Assembly: GCA_963695555.1 (NCBI GenBank)
Contig: CAVOGR010000005.1
Coordinates: 192,001 to 256,000, forward strand
DNA length: 64,000 nt
Source: an uncultured Gemmatimonadales bacterium
GTDB lineage: Bacteria; Gemmatimonadota; Gemmatimonadetes; Gemmatimonadales; GWC2-71-9
Reading direction: 5' to 3'
Shown: in pieces, positions 18,889 through 29,413 of the stretch
Layout: each line of letters starts with the position of its first letter
How positions within the stretch are numbered: the first letter of the stretch is position 1
Program-made: the position numbers and the translations under genes
The notes under the pieces: generated by a model
Told to the model about the DNA's origin: nothing
The model's input: only the letters and a program-made list of their open reading frames with translations
Databases searched by the model: none

Positions 18889-19362
18889 TTACTGTTTCAA
18901 AGCCGGAATCCGCAGCACCTGACCCGGATAGATCTTGTCCGGATCCTTGAGCATGGGCTTGTTGGCTTCGAAGATGACCGGATACTTCATCGGGTCGCCG
19001 TATTGGGCCTTGGCGATCTTCGACAGAGAATCTCCGGAAACCACCGTGTAGAACACCGCTTCGGGCTCGGGCTTTCCGACAGTCATCCGGTCGTCCACGC
19101 GGGCCACGCCCTGGGTATTCCCCAGGGCCAACACCGCCTTTTCCTTCTCGCCCTGGGAAGCGGCCTTGCCGTGAATGGTGGCAACGCCGTCGTCGAAGTG
19201 CACCTTGAGGCCTTCGATGTCGAGGCCGAGCCCGGTGAGCAGGCGCTGGAGCTTGTTCCCCATGATCGCTTCGTTGGCGGCCTCTTGCTGGGTGGCAGCC
19301 GCGTCCTCCTTCTTGCCGAGGAGCTTCTCACCGGCTCCCTTGACGAAATCGAATATTCCCAT
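18889..19362 (-). CDS. BON-LysM protein (YgaU/Kbp family)
   Basis: MGIFDFVKGAGEKL N-terminus; YTVVSGDSLSKIAK..YG...KYPVIFEAN...PDKIYPGQVLRIP. Confidence 0.92.
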   Translation of the reverse strand: MGIFDFVKGAGEKLLGKKEDAAATQQEAANEAIMGNKLQRLLTGLGLDIEGLKVHFDDGVATIHGKAASQGEKEKAVLALGNTQGVARVDDRMTVGKPEPEAVFYTVVSGDSLSKIAKAQYGDPMKYPVIFEANKPMLKDPDKIYPGQVLRIPALKQ

Positions 19363-19445
19363 CGTGTAATCCTTTCTTCAGTGTTTCACATCTCATGGAA
19401 CTCCGGTCGTCGCACGACCGGGTCCCGACGCCAGCTTTCGGAGAC

Positions 19446-20042
19446 CTATCGCTTGCCGAATAATCCGCCGAGCAGCTTGCCTCCGATTTTGGCGAGATCG
19501 TCGGTTATTTGGCCGTCGTTGTCGCTGTCCAGCAGGCGAGCGAGACCCCCGAGGCCTGGTGCCGAAGCGGCCACCTGCCGCTGCTCGCCCTGGAGCATCT
19601 GCGCCAAACCGGGCGCATCCAGGTTCTGCTGACGTTGGGCTTGGCCTAGCATCCCCATGACGAGCGGAGCCAGCGAGGCCATCATCGTGGCCACGCCCTT
19701 GGTGTCGAGACCACTCGCCTTGCTGATGCCGGCCTCGACGGCCGGGCGCTTGGCGCCGAGCACATGCCGCAGGATGCCGTCACCGGTTTGGGTGTCGGGA
19801 CGCGCGATGTATCCGTCCAGGTTTTGGAGGAGCGACCCGTCGTGATCACGTGCGACGGCTTGGTGCAGCGCCTCCGCACCCTGGCGATTGGTGGCGTTCT
19901 TGGCCAAGGCCGCGAGGAGGAGCGGGAGGGCGGCCTGGAGTGCCTTCTGGGTTGCGGCTTGATCGGCTCCGATGGCTTGGCTCATCTCTGCCGTTCGAGT
20001 ACCGGTCAATTGACCGGCCAGTGTCTCCAACAATGTGGGCAT
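19446..20042 (-). CDS. DUF937 family protein
   Basis: HDGS.L...G.GILRHVLG and LD.D.DG...DD motifs; start moved to MPTLLETL. Confidence 0.8.
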   Translation of the reverse strand: MPTLLETLAGQLTGTRTAEMSQAIGADQAATQKALQAALPLLLAALAKNATNRQGAEALHQAVARDHDGSLLQNLDGYIARPDTQTGDGILRHVLGAKRPAVEAGISKASGLDTKGVATMMASLAPLVMGMLGQAQRQQNLDAPGLAQMLQGEQRQVAASAPGLGGLARLLDSDNDGQITDDLAKIGGKLLGGLFGKR

Positions 20043-20270
20043 GTCGTCTCTCGATCGTGATGAAGTGTCTTGCGGAATACCGTATTCCGGTAGGACTATA
20101 GGCATAGCGAGGGAACCTGTCTACCGGCCGGCCGGAAGGCCTGTGGAATGGGGCCGCGGCGGGTACCGTGCCGGTGTATATTTCGAATTCTCGGGGTGGC
20201 GACATGTATCTCCGACGATACGTGACGCAATTCGCCCACGACATGTCATCTGAGACGAGGTCGCTCGCGC

Positions 20271-21491
20271 ATGGACGACGCCCTGTATTTTTCCGAGCAC
20301 CATCATCAAGTCCGTGAGATGGTTCGGGAGTTCGCCCGGAAGGAAGTGGCCCCCGTGGCGCGCGAGCTCGACCGTAGTCAGGAGTTTCCCTGGGAGAACA
20401 TCAAGAAGATGGGAGAGCTCGGCCTCCTCGGCGTACCGTGGGATGAGGAATTGGGCGGAGCCGGCATGGATGAGTTTTCCTATTACATCACCATCCACGA
20501 GCTCTCGCGGGTCGACGCCAGCCACGGTCTCACGGTGAGCGCCCACACGAATCTCGGGACCTCGCCGATTGTGGAGTTCGGGTCGGCCGAGCAGCGCCGG
20601 ACCTACGTTCCCTATCTCGCGTCGGGACAGGTGATCGGCGGGTTCGGCCTGACCGAGCCCGGCGCCGGCAGCGATGCTGGCGGCACCGCCACTACGGCAA
20701 TGGATCGCGGCGATCACTTCCTCTTGAATGGAACCAAGAACTTCATCACGCATGCCGGCGTCGGGGAGATCTTCTCCGTGACCGCCCGGACCGAGCCGGG
20801 AACGGATCACCGGGGCATCACGAGCTTCATCGTGACCAAGGACACGGTGGACATCGAGCAGTGCCGCCGGGTAGGGGTGGGGCACATCGAAGATCTTCCC
20901 AAGACGCCTGGCGTGCGGTCGGGCAAGAAGGAAGACAAGATGGGTTGGCGGGCGAGCGACACGCGCGAGCTGATCCTGGAAGACGCCATCGTCCCGAAGG
21001 AAAACATGCTGGGCCCGCCGGGACAGGGCTTCATCAACTTCCTGAAGACCCTCGATGCCGGCCGGATCGGCATCGCGGCGCTCTCGCTCGGCATTGCCCA
21101 AGGCGCGTATGAAGAGGCCCTGAACTATGCCGGTGTCCGCCACCAATTCGGGAAACCCATCGCGAGCTTCCAGGGGGTGAGTTTTGCCCTGGCCGACATG
21201 GCGCTCGAGATCGAAGCGGGAACCCACCTGCTGTATCACGCCGTGTGGCTGAAACAGCATGGGAAGCCGTTCAAGAAGGAAGCCGCCATGGCCAAGCTGT
21301 TTTGCTCGGAACTGGCCATGCGGGCGACGACCAAGGCCGTCCAGATTTTCGGAGGATACGGTTATACCACCGAGTACCCGGTTGAGCGGATGATGCGCGA
21401 TGCCAAGGTCTGCGAGATCGGGGAAGGCACGAGCGAGATCCAGCGCATCGTGATTGCCCGGCACATCCTCGCCGCGGCCGCCTCGCACTAG
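20271..21491 (+). CDS. Acyl-CoA dehydrogenase
   Basis: FGLTEPGAGSD, NGTKNFIT, QIFGGYGY, EIGEGTSEIQR. Confidence 0.95.
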   Translation: MDDALYFSEHHHQVREMVREFARKEVAPVARELDRSQEFPWENIKKMGELGLLGVPWDEELGGAGMDEFSYYITIHELSRVDASHGLTVSAHTNLGTSPIVEFGSAEQRRTYVPYLASGQVIGGFGLTEPGAGSDAGGTATTAMDRGDHFLLNGTKNFITHAGVGEIFSVTARTEPGTDHRGITSFIVTKDTVDIEQCRRVGVGHIEDLPKTPGVRSGKKEDKMGWRASDTRELILEDAIVPKENMLGPPGQGFINFLKTLDAGRIGIAALSLGIAQGAYEEALNYAGVRHQFGKPIASFQGVSFALADMALEIEAGTHLLYHAVWLKQHGKPFKKEAAMAKLFCSELAMRATTKAVQIFGGYGYTTEYPVERMMRDAKVCEIGEGTSEIQRIVIARHILAAAASH

Positions 21492-21535
21492 AACTGGCTC
21501 GGGGCCGGCCTCGTCCCGGACCCTCGGCCGGCTCG

Positions 21536-21564
21536 TTGCTCTAACCGTCGGTCAATTCTATATT
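21536..21564 (+). promoter_or_regulatory. Putative sigma70 promoter upstream of the long rne leader
   Basis: TTGCTC-17 bp-TATATT. Confidence 0.6.
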
Positions 21565-21570
21565 TAGGCA

Positions 21571-22030
21571 TGTTGCTGGTCCTCACCCTCGAACGCGCCC
21601 CCGAGGCAGGGAGCGCTTCGCGTCAGCCCCGAGTGCGGGCTGGCACGGCGAGGACCTGCCATCCTGCGATTTCCCCGGACCCCGGAGCGGCTCCAGGGCA
21701 CGAGGTCCGGATCAGATTGTTCCCAAGCAACATCAGTGATGTCGGGCCGGCTCGGCCGGCCGTTCCTCGAAGAGTTTCGGGTCCGTCCCGCGTGGCGACG
21801 CGACCAGGGCTCCCGGGTAGCGGCGGCACGACCGCCCGGACCAACCGGGTTTCACCTTCATCCGCAGTGTCCGTCGCCTCGACTGGCCGCGGATTCGGGG
21901 AACCCTCCTATACGAGATGCTCGGAGCTCCTGCTCCTGGCGTCACCCCCCCACATGGCTGACTGCCGCCGGATACAAGCGATCGGGACTACCGACGGTCG
22001 CTTCCGCGGCGGAGGCCGAGGGTATCAAGT
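21571..22030 (+). ncRNA. Candidate structured ~460-nt 5' leader RNA of rne/rng
   Basis: No credible ORF; multiple stems (ggtcctc/gaggacc, cagccc/gggctg, ccggacc/ggtccgg, aagcgatcg/cggtcgctt). Confidence 0.4.
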
Positions 22031-23668
22031 TTGAAGCGCGAAATTCTCATCAGTGCGGGCCTCCGGGAAACCCGGGTGGCCATTTTGGAGGACGACCGTC
22101 TTGTCGAGATCCTGTACGACGAGCCTGATCGCCGGCGTACGGTCGGCAACATCTATCTTGGCCGGGTCGATGCGGTGTTGCCCGGCATCCAGGCGGCCTT
22201 TGTCGACATAGGGCAGGAAAAGAGCGCCTTCCTCCACGCCTCCGATCTGCTCGAGCCGGAGGAAGACGAGGACCCCGCCGACGCGCCCGACGTCGAAGTC
22301 GACGACGCGGACGGCGAGGCCGACACGGCGCAGCCGGCCGCTGAGCCCTCCGGGCGTCGTCGCCGCGGCCGTGGCCGGGGCAATGGGAACGGCGGGCGGC
22401 GAGAGCCCAAGTCCCGCCGAGCACTCCCCAACATCCAAGACGTCCTGTCCAAGGGCGAGATGGTGCTGGTGCAGGTCACCAAAGAGCCGATCGGGACCAA
22501 AGGGTGCCGAGTCACTCGGCAGGTGTCGCTCCCCGGCCGTTTCCTCGTGTACATGCCGTTCGCCTCGCGCGTCGGCATCAGCCGCAAGATCGCCGACCGC
22601 GAGCAGCGCGCGAAGCTCCGGGAGATGGTCTCGAAGCTGCTTCCGAAGAATGCGGGCGGCGTGATTGTCCGGACCGTTGCCGAAGGAGTGACGGAGGCGC
22701 ACTTCCGCCGTGAAATCGACTCGTTGATCAAGCTGTGGAAGAAGATCAAACGGAAGCAGTCGTTTGTGCGTGCGCCCAGCCTGGTGCAGCGCGAAACGAG
22801 CCTGACACGCGGCATCATCCGGGACCTCTTTAGCGACAAGGTGGATGCGCTCCACGTCGATACCAAAGAGGTGTTCAACGAGATCGGCCAATACCTCAAG
22901 CAAGTCGACCCCGAGCTCATGTCCCGGGTGCATCTGTACAAATCACGCGAGCCACTGTTCGACAAGTACGACATCGAGATGGAAATCCGCGAGCTGTTCA
23001 AGCCGCGCTGCGAGCTTCCCACCGGTGGTTCCATCATCATCCAGCCCACCGAGGCGCTCGTGTCGATCGATGTCAACACGGGCCGCTACACCGGGAAGAA
23101 AGACCCGGAGAAGACCATCCTCCGGACCAATGTCGAAGCGGCCCGCGAGATCGCCCGGCAGATTCGCCTCCGAGACATCGGCGGCATCATCGTGTGCGAT
23201 TTCATCGACATGGAATCGAAGGCCAATCGCGATCGGGTCCTGAACGAGCTCCGGAGCAACCTCGGACGGGACCGGGCCCGCACCAAGGCGTTCGCCGTGT
23301 CGGAGTTGGGGCTGATCGAGATGACCCGCCAACGGGTCCGCCCGTCCCTGTGGCACTCCCATACCACCTCGTGCCCGACCTGCGGTGGCATCGGGCGGGT
23401 GTTCCGGCCCGAAATCGTGACCCGGCGCCTGGAGCGTGCGCTCCGCCGCGCGGGCAACGAGCAGCGGGAGCCGAAGCTCGCGGTCCGGATCCATCCGGAG
23501 GTGGCCCTCTACCTGGCCGAGGAAGAGCCGAAGCTGCTGAAGGGCATCATGAGAGATACGGGGCTGGACATCGAGATCCGGGACGATCCGATGATCAAGC
23601 TGGACGAATTCCGCCTGATGAGCCGGCCAGCCGGTCGGGACGTGACCGAGCTGTACGCGGTGGCGTAG
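22031..23668 (+). CDS. rne: Rne/Rng family ribonuclease
   Basis: GNIYLGRV..VLPGIQAAFVDIG S1 domain, SIDVNTG, RLRDIGGIIVCDFIDM, CPTC zinc link; TTG start. Confidence 0.93.
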   Translation: MKREILISAGLRETRVAILEDDRLVEILYDEPDRRRTVGNIYLGRVDAVLPGIQAAFVDIGQEKSAFLHASDLLEPEEDEDPADAPDVEVDDADGEADTAQPAAEPSGRRRRGRGRGNGNGGRREPKSRRALPNIQDVLSKGEMVLVQVTKEPIGTKGCRVTRQVSLPGRFLVYMPFASRVGISRKIADREQRAKLREMVSKLLPKNAGGVIVRTVAEGVTEAHFRREIDSLIKLWKKIKRKQSFVRAPSLVQRETSLTRGIIRDLFSDKVDALHVDTKEVFNEIGQYLKQVDPELMSRVHLYKSREPLFDKYDIEMEIRELFKPRCELPTGGSIIIQPTEALVSIDVNTGRYTGKKDPEKTILRTNVEAAREIARQIRLRDIGGIIVCDFIDMESKANRDRVLNELRSNLGRDRARTKAFAVSELGLIEMTRQRVRPSLWHSHTTSCPTCGGIGRVFRPEIVTRRLERALRRAGNEQREPKLAVRIHPEVALYLAEEEPKLLKGIMRDTGLDIEIRDDPMIKLDEFRLMSRPAGRDVTELYAVA

Positions 23669-23706
23669 GGTTCAGAATCGTCGAGCCACCGAGGGCGCCC
23701 TCCTCC

Positions 23707-23735
23707 TTGACCCGTGAGGGCCGAGGGCCTAGTTT
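23707..23735 (+). promoter_or_regulatory. Putative sigma70 promoter of rplU-rpmA
   Basis: TTGACC-17 bp-TAGTTT. Confidence 0.6.
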
Positions 23736-23777
23736 TTAAGGCTTGTTCCGACAACGCTTTGTTTGGGGTGAGGACCA

Positions 23778-24095
23778 ATGACGTACGCCATTTTCCGGGC
23801 GCTAGGCAAGCAGTACCGTGCCGAGAAGGGTGCCGTGCTGCGGCTGCCGCGTATGGACGCGGAGCCGGGCTCCACGGTCACCTTCGAGGACGTGCTGCTG
23901 TCGTCCGATGGCAAGACGGTTCGCGCCGGCACCCCGGTGGTCAAGGGCGCCAAGGTCGAGGCCGAGGTCCTCCGGGAGGGGAAGGACAAGAAGATCTACA
24001 TCTTCCGGTTCAAGCGCCGGAAGGGCTATCGGCGGAAGACCGGGCATCGGCAGCGGTTCACCGAGGTTCGCGTCATGAATGTGAAGGCAGGGTGA
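23778..24095 (+). CDS. rplU: 50S ribosomal protein L21
   Basis: YAIF...GKQY and [16 protein letters not shown] motifs. Confidence 0.97.
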   Translation: MTYAIFRALGKQYRAEKGAVLRLPRMDAEPGSTVTFEDVLLSSDGKTVRAGTPVVKGAKVEAEVLREGKDKKIYIFRFKRRKGYRRKTGHRQRFTEVRVMNVKAG

Positions 24096-24101
24096 GGCTC
24101 T

Positions 24102-24377
24102 ATGGCACATAAGAAGGGCGTCGGCTCCAGTCGAAACGGCCGCAACAGCAACCCCCAGTATCTGGGAGTCAAGAAATTCGGTGGCCAAGCGGTCATCGCG
24201 GGGAACATCCTCGTGCGCCAGCGCGGCACCAAGATCCACCCCGGCAAGAACGTGCAGCGTGGGCGGGACGACACGCTATTCGCCCTGATCGACGGGGTCG
24301 TGAAGTTCGAGCCCAAGGACAAGCGGCGCAAGCAGATCTCGGTGTACCCGCCCTCGGCCGAGGCGGTCAGCACCTGA
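24102..24377 (+). CDS. rpmA: 50S ribosomal protein L27
   Basis: [25 protein letters not shown]. Confidence 0.98.
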   Translation: MAHKKGVGSSRNGRNSNPQYLGVKKFGGQAVIAGNILVRQRGTKIHPGKNVQRGRDDTLFALIDGVVKFEPKDKRRKQISVYPPSAEAVST

Positions 24378-24407
24378 GTCGAGGTCCCGGAACTCGAGCG
24401 ACGGAAC

Positions 24408-24441
24408 AGGGCGCGGCTATCGGTCGCGCCCTTGGTCTTTC
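24408..24441 (+). terminator. Putative terminator after rpmA
   Basis: agggcgcggc-tatcg-gtcgcgccct followed by tggtcttt. Confidence 0.6.
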
Positions 24442-24525
24442 CTGACCCAGGCTTCCGCCGGCCCGGACGGGCCCTACTTTTCGAATTGAAACATTCAATC
24501 GGCGTCCTCCGTCTGAAATAGGGAG

Positions 24526-24554
24526 TAGTGGCCCTCTTTAGTGGCCCTCTTTAG
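24526..24554 (+). repeat. 13-bp perfect tandem duplication TAGTGGCCCTCTT x2
   Basis: Seen directly upstream of the RBS of the 24569 gene. Confidence 0.85.
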
Positions 24555-24568
24555 GGAAGGAGCATTCC

Positions 24569-24934
24569 ATGTCGTCACTGCTGGACCGGCTGAACCAGGA
24601 AATCGAGGATCTGGGCAAGCGAGCCCAAGCTGCGATCGACCAAGGCCGCCTCAGGCTCGACCTCATGCGCATTCGCCGCAAGCAGGACAACGCGGCCCGG
24701 GATCTCGGCCTCCTCATTCACCGCCGGGAACGTGGTGGAGAGGTCGATCCGTCCCGTGTCGAGTCGCTGCTCGCCAAACTCGATCAGGTGGATCAGGAGA
24801 TCACCCGGCTCGAGCGGGAGATTGCGACGGCCAAGGCGGAGTCCGTCACGGTCGATCAGGAACCGGCGCCCAGCAATGCCGAAACGGGTGAAGCTGAGAT
24901 CGTCGAGGAACCCGAGGCCGAGCCGAAGGGCTAG
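24569..24934 (+). CDS. Hypothetical coiled-coil protein
   Basis: AAGGAG RBS; charged helical sequence with an acidic tail. Confidence 0.75.
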   Translation: MSSLLDRLNQEIEDLGKRAQAAIDQGRLRLDLMRIRRKQDNAARDLGLLIHRRERGGEVDPSRVESLLAKLDQVDQEITRLEREIATAKAESVTVDQEPAPSNAETGEAEIVEEPEAEPKG

Positions 24935-24935
24935 G

Positions 24936-25814
24936 TTACGACCTGGGTCGATCGGGCGAAGTCTCCGGGAACAGCGTGAGGCTGTTGTCGGAGAGAATGC
25001 GCCGTTGCGTGGCCGGGTCGAGCGGCAGCGCCCGGAATTGATCGAGATTGTGTTTCAAGTCTCGGACGCCCGGGCTTGGCCAGTCCGTTCCCCAGAGCGT
25101 CTTGGGCGCCAACTCCTCCAACCGCGGGAAGTATTCCAATAGCTTGCTGGGCGGGATTCCGCTCACCTCCAGATGCACATTTCGGTGACGACGCAAGACG
25201 AAGAAGGCCTGCGCCATCCAAAAGGGCCTGCCGCCGTGCGCCATGATGATCCGAAGGTCGGGAAAATCGATCGCCACGTCGTCCAGCTCGAGCGGATTGC
25301 CCCACTTGGACCGGGCACCCGGAAAGATGCTGGTGCCGGTGTGGATCATGACCGGAAGCCCCCGTTCTTCACACCGCGCATAGATCCGCGCGAGCGCCAC
25401 GAGTCCTTCGGTATAGGCGTTTGCCGGAAACAACTGGTGAGACGGGTGGATCTTGAGGCACCGGATACCGAGTTCGATCAGGTGATCGACATCGCCGGCC
25501 GGATCCGTGGTAAAGCGTGGGTGCACGCCGCCGAATGGGATGAAACGCTCGGGCGCTCTGGCGGCGTAGTCGGCGGCGAACTCATTGGTGGAATCGTCGA
25601 ACCCCATGAGATCGGGGCTTGGGTAGTTGATGAGCCCAACCCGCGCGATGCCAGAGCTGTCCATGATCTCGAGCAGCATGTCGGGATGGTCCATGAGCGC
25701 GAGGAGCCAGTCCCAGTGGTCCTCCTTGCCACGACGCATGGCCGCCATGACGGCGGGTTTGAGCTGTCGCCACGGCTGGATGTGGACGTGCACGTCGGTG
25801 ATGGGGTATGGCAT
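24936..25814 (-). CDS. Amidohydrolase family 2 protein
   Basis: DVHVH, LKIHP, MIHTG, MAHGG, WGTDWP motifs. Confidence 0.9.
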   Translation of the reverse strand: MPYPITDVHVHIQPWRQLKPAVMAAMRRGKEDHWDWLLALMDHPDMLLEIMDSSGIARVGLINYPSPDLMGFDDSTNEFAADYAARAPERFIPFGGVHPRFTTDPAGDVDHLIELGIRCLKIHPSHQLFPANAYTEGLVALARIYARCEERGLPVMIHTGTSIFPGARSKWGNPLELDDVAIDFPDLRIIMAHGGRPFWMAQAFFVLRRHRNVHLEVSGIPPSKLLEYFPRLEELAPKTLWGTDWPSPGVRDLKHNLDQFRALPLDPATQRRILSDNSLTLFPETSPDRPRS

Positions 25815-25821
25815 TCGAGTG

Positions 25822-25859
25822 CAGGGTGTAGGAAGTAGGAATGTAGGTTGTAGGGAGAG
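25822..25859 (-). repeat. C-rich heptamer arm (CCTACnn on the minus strand) before the amidohydrolase start
   Basis: + strand cagggtg taggaag taggaatg taggttg tagggag. Confidence 0.8.
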
Positions 25860-25862
25860 AGG

Positions 25863-26645
25863 TCATCTCCCCTTGAACTCGGGCTTCCGCTTTTCCTGGA
25901 ATGCCTTCACGCCTTCCACCTTGTCCTCGCTGGCGAAGGCAATACCGAAGAGGGTCGTTTCCTGACTCAACCCCTGGTCGAGCGGCGTGCGAACGGATGC
26001 GCGGAGCGCCTCTTTGATCAGGCTGAGTGCGACGGGGCTCTTCGCGGCGATGGTGCGCGCCATCTCCATGACGTGGTCCCGGAGGGCGGCGGCGGGCACC
26101 ACTTCATCCACCAACCCGATCCGCAAGGCCTCCTCGGCGCCGATCAGCTGGCCGGAATAGAGCAACCGGAAGGCATTCCCGAGCCCGACCAGCCGGGGGA
26201 GGCGCTGCGTGCCCCCGCCGCCCGGCAGAATGCCGAGGTTCACCTCCGGCTGCCCCAGCTTCGCCGTGTCCGCCGCGATGCGAATGTCGCAGGCCATGGC
26301 GAGTTCGCACCCGCCTCCCAGAGCAAACCCATTGATCATCGCGAGCACGGGTTTTGGAAAGCGGTCGACGCAATCGAAGATGGTGGGTGCGTTCATGACC
26401 CGGAATTGGTCGACGGCGGAGCGGCCCTCGAACTCGCCGATGTCCGCCCCGGCCACAAAGGCCTTGTCGCCTGCTCCAGTAACGATCACGACTCGCGCAT
26501 CGCGAGTGTTGCGCAGGGCATCCATCACGCCGAGGAACTCCGAGCGCGTTGCGGCGTCGAGCGCGTTCAGCTTCTCGGGTCGGTTGATGGTGACCACGGC
26601 GACGCGGTCGTCGATGTCGCACAGGACGAGTTTCGGCTCAGTCAT
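25863..26645 (-). CDS. Enoyl-CoA hydratase (crotonase, PaaF-like)
   Basis: [36 protein letters not shown] (both catalytic Glu present). Confidence 0.92.
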   Translation of the reverse strand: MTEPKLVLCDIDDRVAVVTINRPEKLNALDAATRSEFLGVMDALRNTRDARVVIVTGAGDKAFVAGADIGEFEGRSAVDQFRVMNAPTIFDCVDRFPKPVLAMINGFALGGGCELAMACDIRIAADTAKLGQPEVNLGILPGGGGTQRLPRLVGLGNAFRLLYSGQLIGAEEALRIGLVDEVVPAAALRDHVMEMARTIAAKSPVALSLIKEALRASVRTPLDQGLSQETTLFGIAFASEDKVEGVKAFQEKRKPEFKGR

Positions 26646-27505
26646 GGTGAGGTCCAGTCGTAGAATCCCTGCCCGGTCTTCTTGCCGAGCTTGCCCTCCG
26701 CGACGAGCTGCCGGAGGATGGCGGGAGGCTCGAACTGCGTGCCACCCAAGGTCCGATGGAGATATTCGGCGATGCTGAGCCGCACATCGAGGCCCACCAC
26801 GTCGGTCAGCCGAAGCGGGCCCATCGGGTGGTTGTAGCCCAATTCCATTGCCGTGTCGATATCGGCGGCGCTCGCAACTCCTTGCTCGAGCATGCGCATG
26901 GCCTCGAGGCCGAGGACCAGGCCAAGCCGGCTCGACGCAAATCCCGGGGAATCCTCGACGACGATGGGCTCCTTGCCCAAGCCCCGGACAACGGTCAGCG
27001 CCTCCTCCCGTGTCTCGGCAGAGGTGGACCCGTGCACGACGATCTCCACCAATTTCATGATATGGACGGGATTGAAGAAATGGAGGCCGAGGAATCGTTC
27101 GGGGCGGGGGAGGCGCTCGGCGATGCTGGCGATCGACAGGGACGACGTATTGGTGGCAAAGAGGGCATCCGCCTTCGCCGCGCGGGCCGCCCGAGCCAGA
27201 ACCTCCTGCTTGGCGGCCAGGTCCTCGACCACGGCCTCGATCACCACCTCGGTGCCATCGCAGGCGGCGGCAAGCGATGGCGCGAGCATGAGGCGTCCGA
27301 GTGCTGCACCGCGGCCCTCGTCGTCGAGCTTCCCGCGGGCTACGGCACCGTTCAGGTTGGCGCTGATCCGCTCGCGCGCTCGGGGTAGCGCGTCTGCTCG
27401 TGCGTCGGTGAGCCGGGTGCTCCAGCCGGCCACAGCGAACACCTGGGCGATGCCGGCGCCCATGGTTCCCGCCCCGATGACGGCAACAGTCCGGTCGTTG
27501 GTCAT
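26642..27505 (-). CDS. 3-hydroxyacyl-CoA dehydrogenase (PaaH-like)
   Basis: [30 protein letters not shown]; start MTNDRT at 27505. Confidence 0.92.
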   Translation of the reverse strand: MTNDRTVAVIGAGTMGAGIAQVFAVAGWSTRLTDARADALPRARERISANLNGAVARGKLDDEGRGAALGRLMLAPSLAAACDGTEVVIEAVVEDLAAKQEVLARAARAAKADALFATNTSSLSIASIAERLPRPERFLGLHFFNPVHIMKLVEIVVHGSTSAETREEALTVVRGLGKEPIVVEDSPGFASSRLGLVLGLEAMRMLEQGVASAADIDTAMELGYNHPMGPLRLTDVVGLDVRLSIAEYLHRTLGGTQFEPPAILRQLVAEGKLGKKTGQGFYDWTSP

Positions 27506-28191
27506 CCTTCCCTCCGTCCCACGGCGGCGCGAATACGCTCGGGATAGTTGCCGCATATCCCGTCCACGCCGAGGCTCACGAGCCGCTCGATGTCCGCCTC
27601 TTCGTTCGCGGTCCAGGCAATGATACTGGCACCGGCACCATGTATGAGCGTGACGAGTTCGCGATCGATATACTGACGCGCCTGCCAGAGCGTGCTCGCT
27701 CCCGCCGCGGCTAGCAGTGGGCGGGCGTCGATGGGCCGGGAGGCGAGCAGAATCCCGCGCCGAAGCGAAGGCCGGGTGCGGCCAAGCCGAGCCACGATGC
27801 GGTGGTCGAAACTGTGGACGCTGGAGCGCGCTGGGAACGGTCCGGCATCGAGTTCGGCGAGGAAGCGCGAGTCGTGGCTGGGCGGCAGGCTCTTTATTTC
27901 GATCCACACGTCGCAATCGCCCAGGAGGCTCAGCACCTCGCCAAGCAACGGGACGGTCTCGCCGTTGGGAAGCTTGGTCCGGGTCACGGTCCGAGTGTCC
28001 AACTCCGCAATGATGCCGACCTCTGGCAGATCCGGATCGTGGTGAACCACCATGCCGCCATCGCCCGCGGCATGGACGTCAAGTTCGACCCCGTCGGCCC
28101 CGAGTTCGACCGCGCGGCGAAAGGCCTCCCGGGAGTTCTCGTACGCGTGTCCGGACGCACCCCGGTGGGCCAAGACCACGGCGCGGGCCAT
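27502..28191 (-). CDS. Glycerophosphodiester phosphodiesterase family protein
   Basis: AHRGAS...ENS, VELDV, HHD, IEIK, WTAN and GVDGI motifs. Confidence 0.9.
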   Translation of the reverse strand: MARAVVLAHRGASGHAYENSREAFRRAVELGADGVELDVHAAGDGGMVVHHDPDLPEVGIIAELDTRTVTRTKLPNGETVPLLGEVLSLLGDCDVWIEIKSLPPSHDSRFLAELDAGPFPARSSVHSFDHRIVARLGRTRPSLRRGILLASRPIDARPLLAAAGASTLWQARQYIDRELVTLIHGAGASIIAWTANEEADIERLVSLGVDGICGNYPERIRAAVGRREG

Positions 28192-28274
28192 GACGGCTAG
28201 GGCCTGGCGGGCCAGACGGGACGTCGGGCTGGTATGGGTGGAGACCCCAACCAGCCCGCGCTGATTGAGCGCAC

Positions 28275-29402
28275 TCAGTTCACGTCGAGATTACGTGCTT
28301 CGATCCAATCCGGCTCTTTGAATACGCCGCGCAGATACTCGCGATCTTCATCGGTCGGCGTGACCGAGGCGAGGTACGCCGGATAGGCTGCCTCGCTCTT
28401 CTCCTCTCCCGTGACGGCGAAACACTGCCCGGCGTAGGCGCCGATATGGCGGTTGAACTTGAGATCGGGCACACGCAGGTGTCGGTCGGGGTCTGCAATG
28501 GCCCGATTCAGCCGCTCCACCAGCCTGGACACCTCTTGGCGGTACAGTTCGCGGCTGGCCTCGTTCAGGTGGGCCACGTCGACGTTCATGTCGGTCTCGC
28601 GTTCGTCGAACCGACCCTTGAGCCCCCAGACGTAGGCCCAGTGGGCGCTCGAGGAGTTATCGGTCCCGAACAGATCGAACGCCGTGGGGACCCACTTGTT
28701 GAAATACCGCTGCATGATCTCCGGCGGGATCTTTCCAGCCCGAATGATGCGCAGCAATCCGTTGTTGCCGGTTCCCAGGTGGAAGCTCTCCTCCTTGAGC
28801 ATCGGGCCCATCGACCGGGCCAGCGGGTGAAACGCCGAGGTCGAGAGCATCTTGAGCTGGAACTTGCCGTCGCGGTCGATGAACTGGGTGTAGGTGAAGA
28901 AGTCGAGCCAGTTGTCGACGATTTCGTTGAACGACCCGAGCAGCCGCTGACCCTCCTGGGCCGTACGCTCGAGCAGCTTCTGGGCCTCGCGACGACCCTC
29001 GTCACCGAAGTGCTCGCAGAGCAGGTACGACATTTGCCAGCCGTGCCGCATCTCTTCCATCATGACCCGCATGATCGAGAAGAGGTCGTAGTCGCTGGGA
29101 GAGGTTTCCAACAGGTTCCGTTGTTGCTCCACGGAGGCAAACTCGGTGTCGCCCTGATAGACGATCAGATTGAGCAACGCATCGCGCACCCGCTGGTCGG
29201 GAATGTGCATCAGCGTCGGCCACTTGACCTGACCCTTGTAGTGGCCGAACTCGATGATTTCGACCTCGGGTGGCCCGAACTTCTCTTCGAAGGAAATCTT
29301 GGTGAACGGCGTGCCCTGGAATTCCTTGCTCGCGAGCCCGAGAGACTCCTGCCAGAAGCGGAAGTAATCGATCCAATCGTCCCAATTGTGTACCCGTCGC
29401 AT
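28275..29402 (-). CDS. BoxB-like di-iron aryl-CoA epoxidase subunit (PaaA/PaaC/BoxB ferritin-like family)
   Basis: QGDTE.ASVEQQR, EEMRH, DRDGKFQL and EESFH match benzoyl-CoA epoxidase BoxB motifs; 375 aa. Confidence 0.8.
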   Translation of the reverse strand: MRRVHNWDDWIDYFRFWQESLGLASKEFQGTPFTKISFEEKFGPPEVEIIEFGHYKGQVKWPTLMHIPDQRVRDALLNLIVYQGDTEFASVEQQRNLLETSPSDYDLFSIMRVMMEEMRHGWQMSYLLCEHFGDEGRREAQKLLERTAQEGQRLLGSFNEIVDNWLDFFTYTQFIDRDGKFQLKMLSTSAFHPLARSMGPMLKEESFHLGTGNNGLLRIIRAGKIPPEIMQRYFNKWVPTAFDLFGTDNSSSAHWAYVWGLKGRFDERETDMNVDVAHLNEASRELYRQEVSRLVERLNRAIADPDRHLRVPDLKFNRHIGAYAGQCFAVTGEEKSEAAYPAYLASVTPTDEDREYLRGVFKEPDWIEARNLDVN

Positions 29403-29413
29403 GAATTATTTCC

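Noticed and set aside
26642..27916. 424-aa version of the 3-hydroxyacyl-CoA dehydrogenase
   Set aside because: The N-terminal extension overlaps GDPD out of frame; the real start is 27505.
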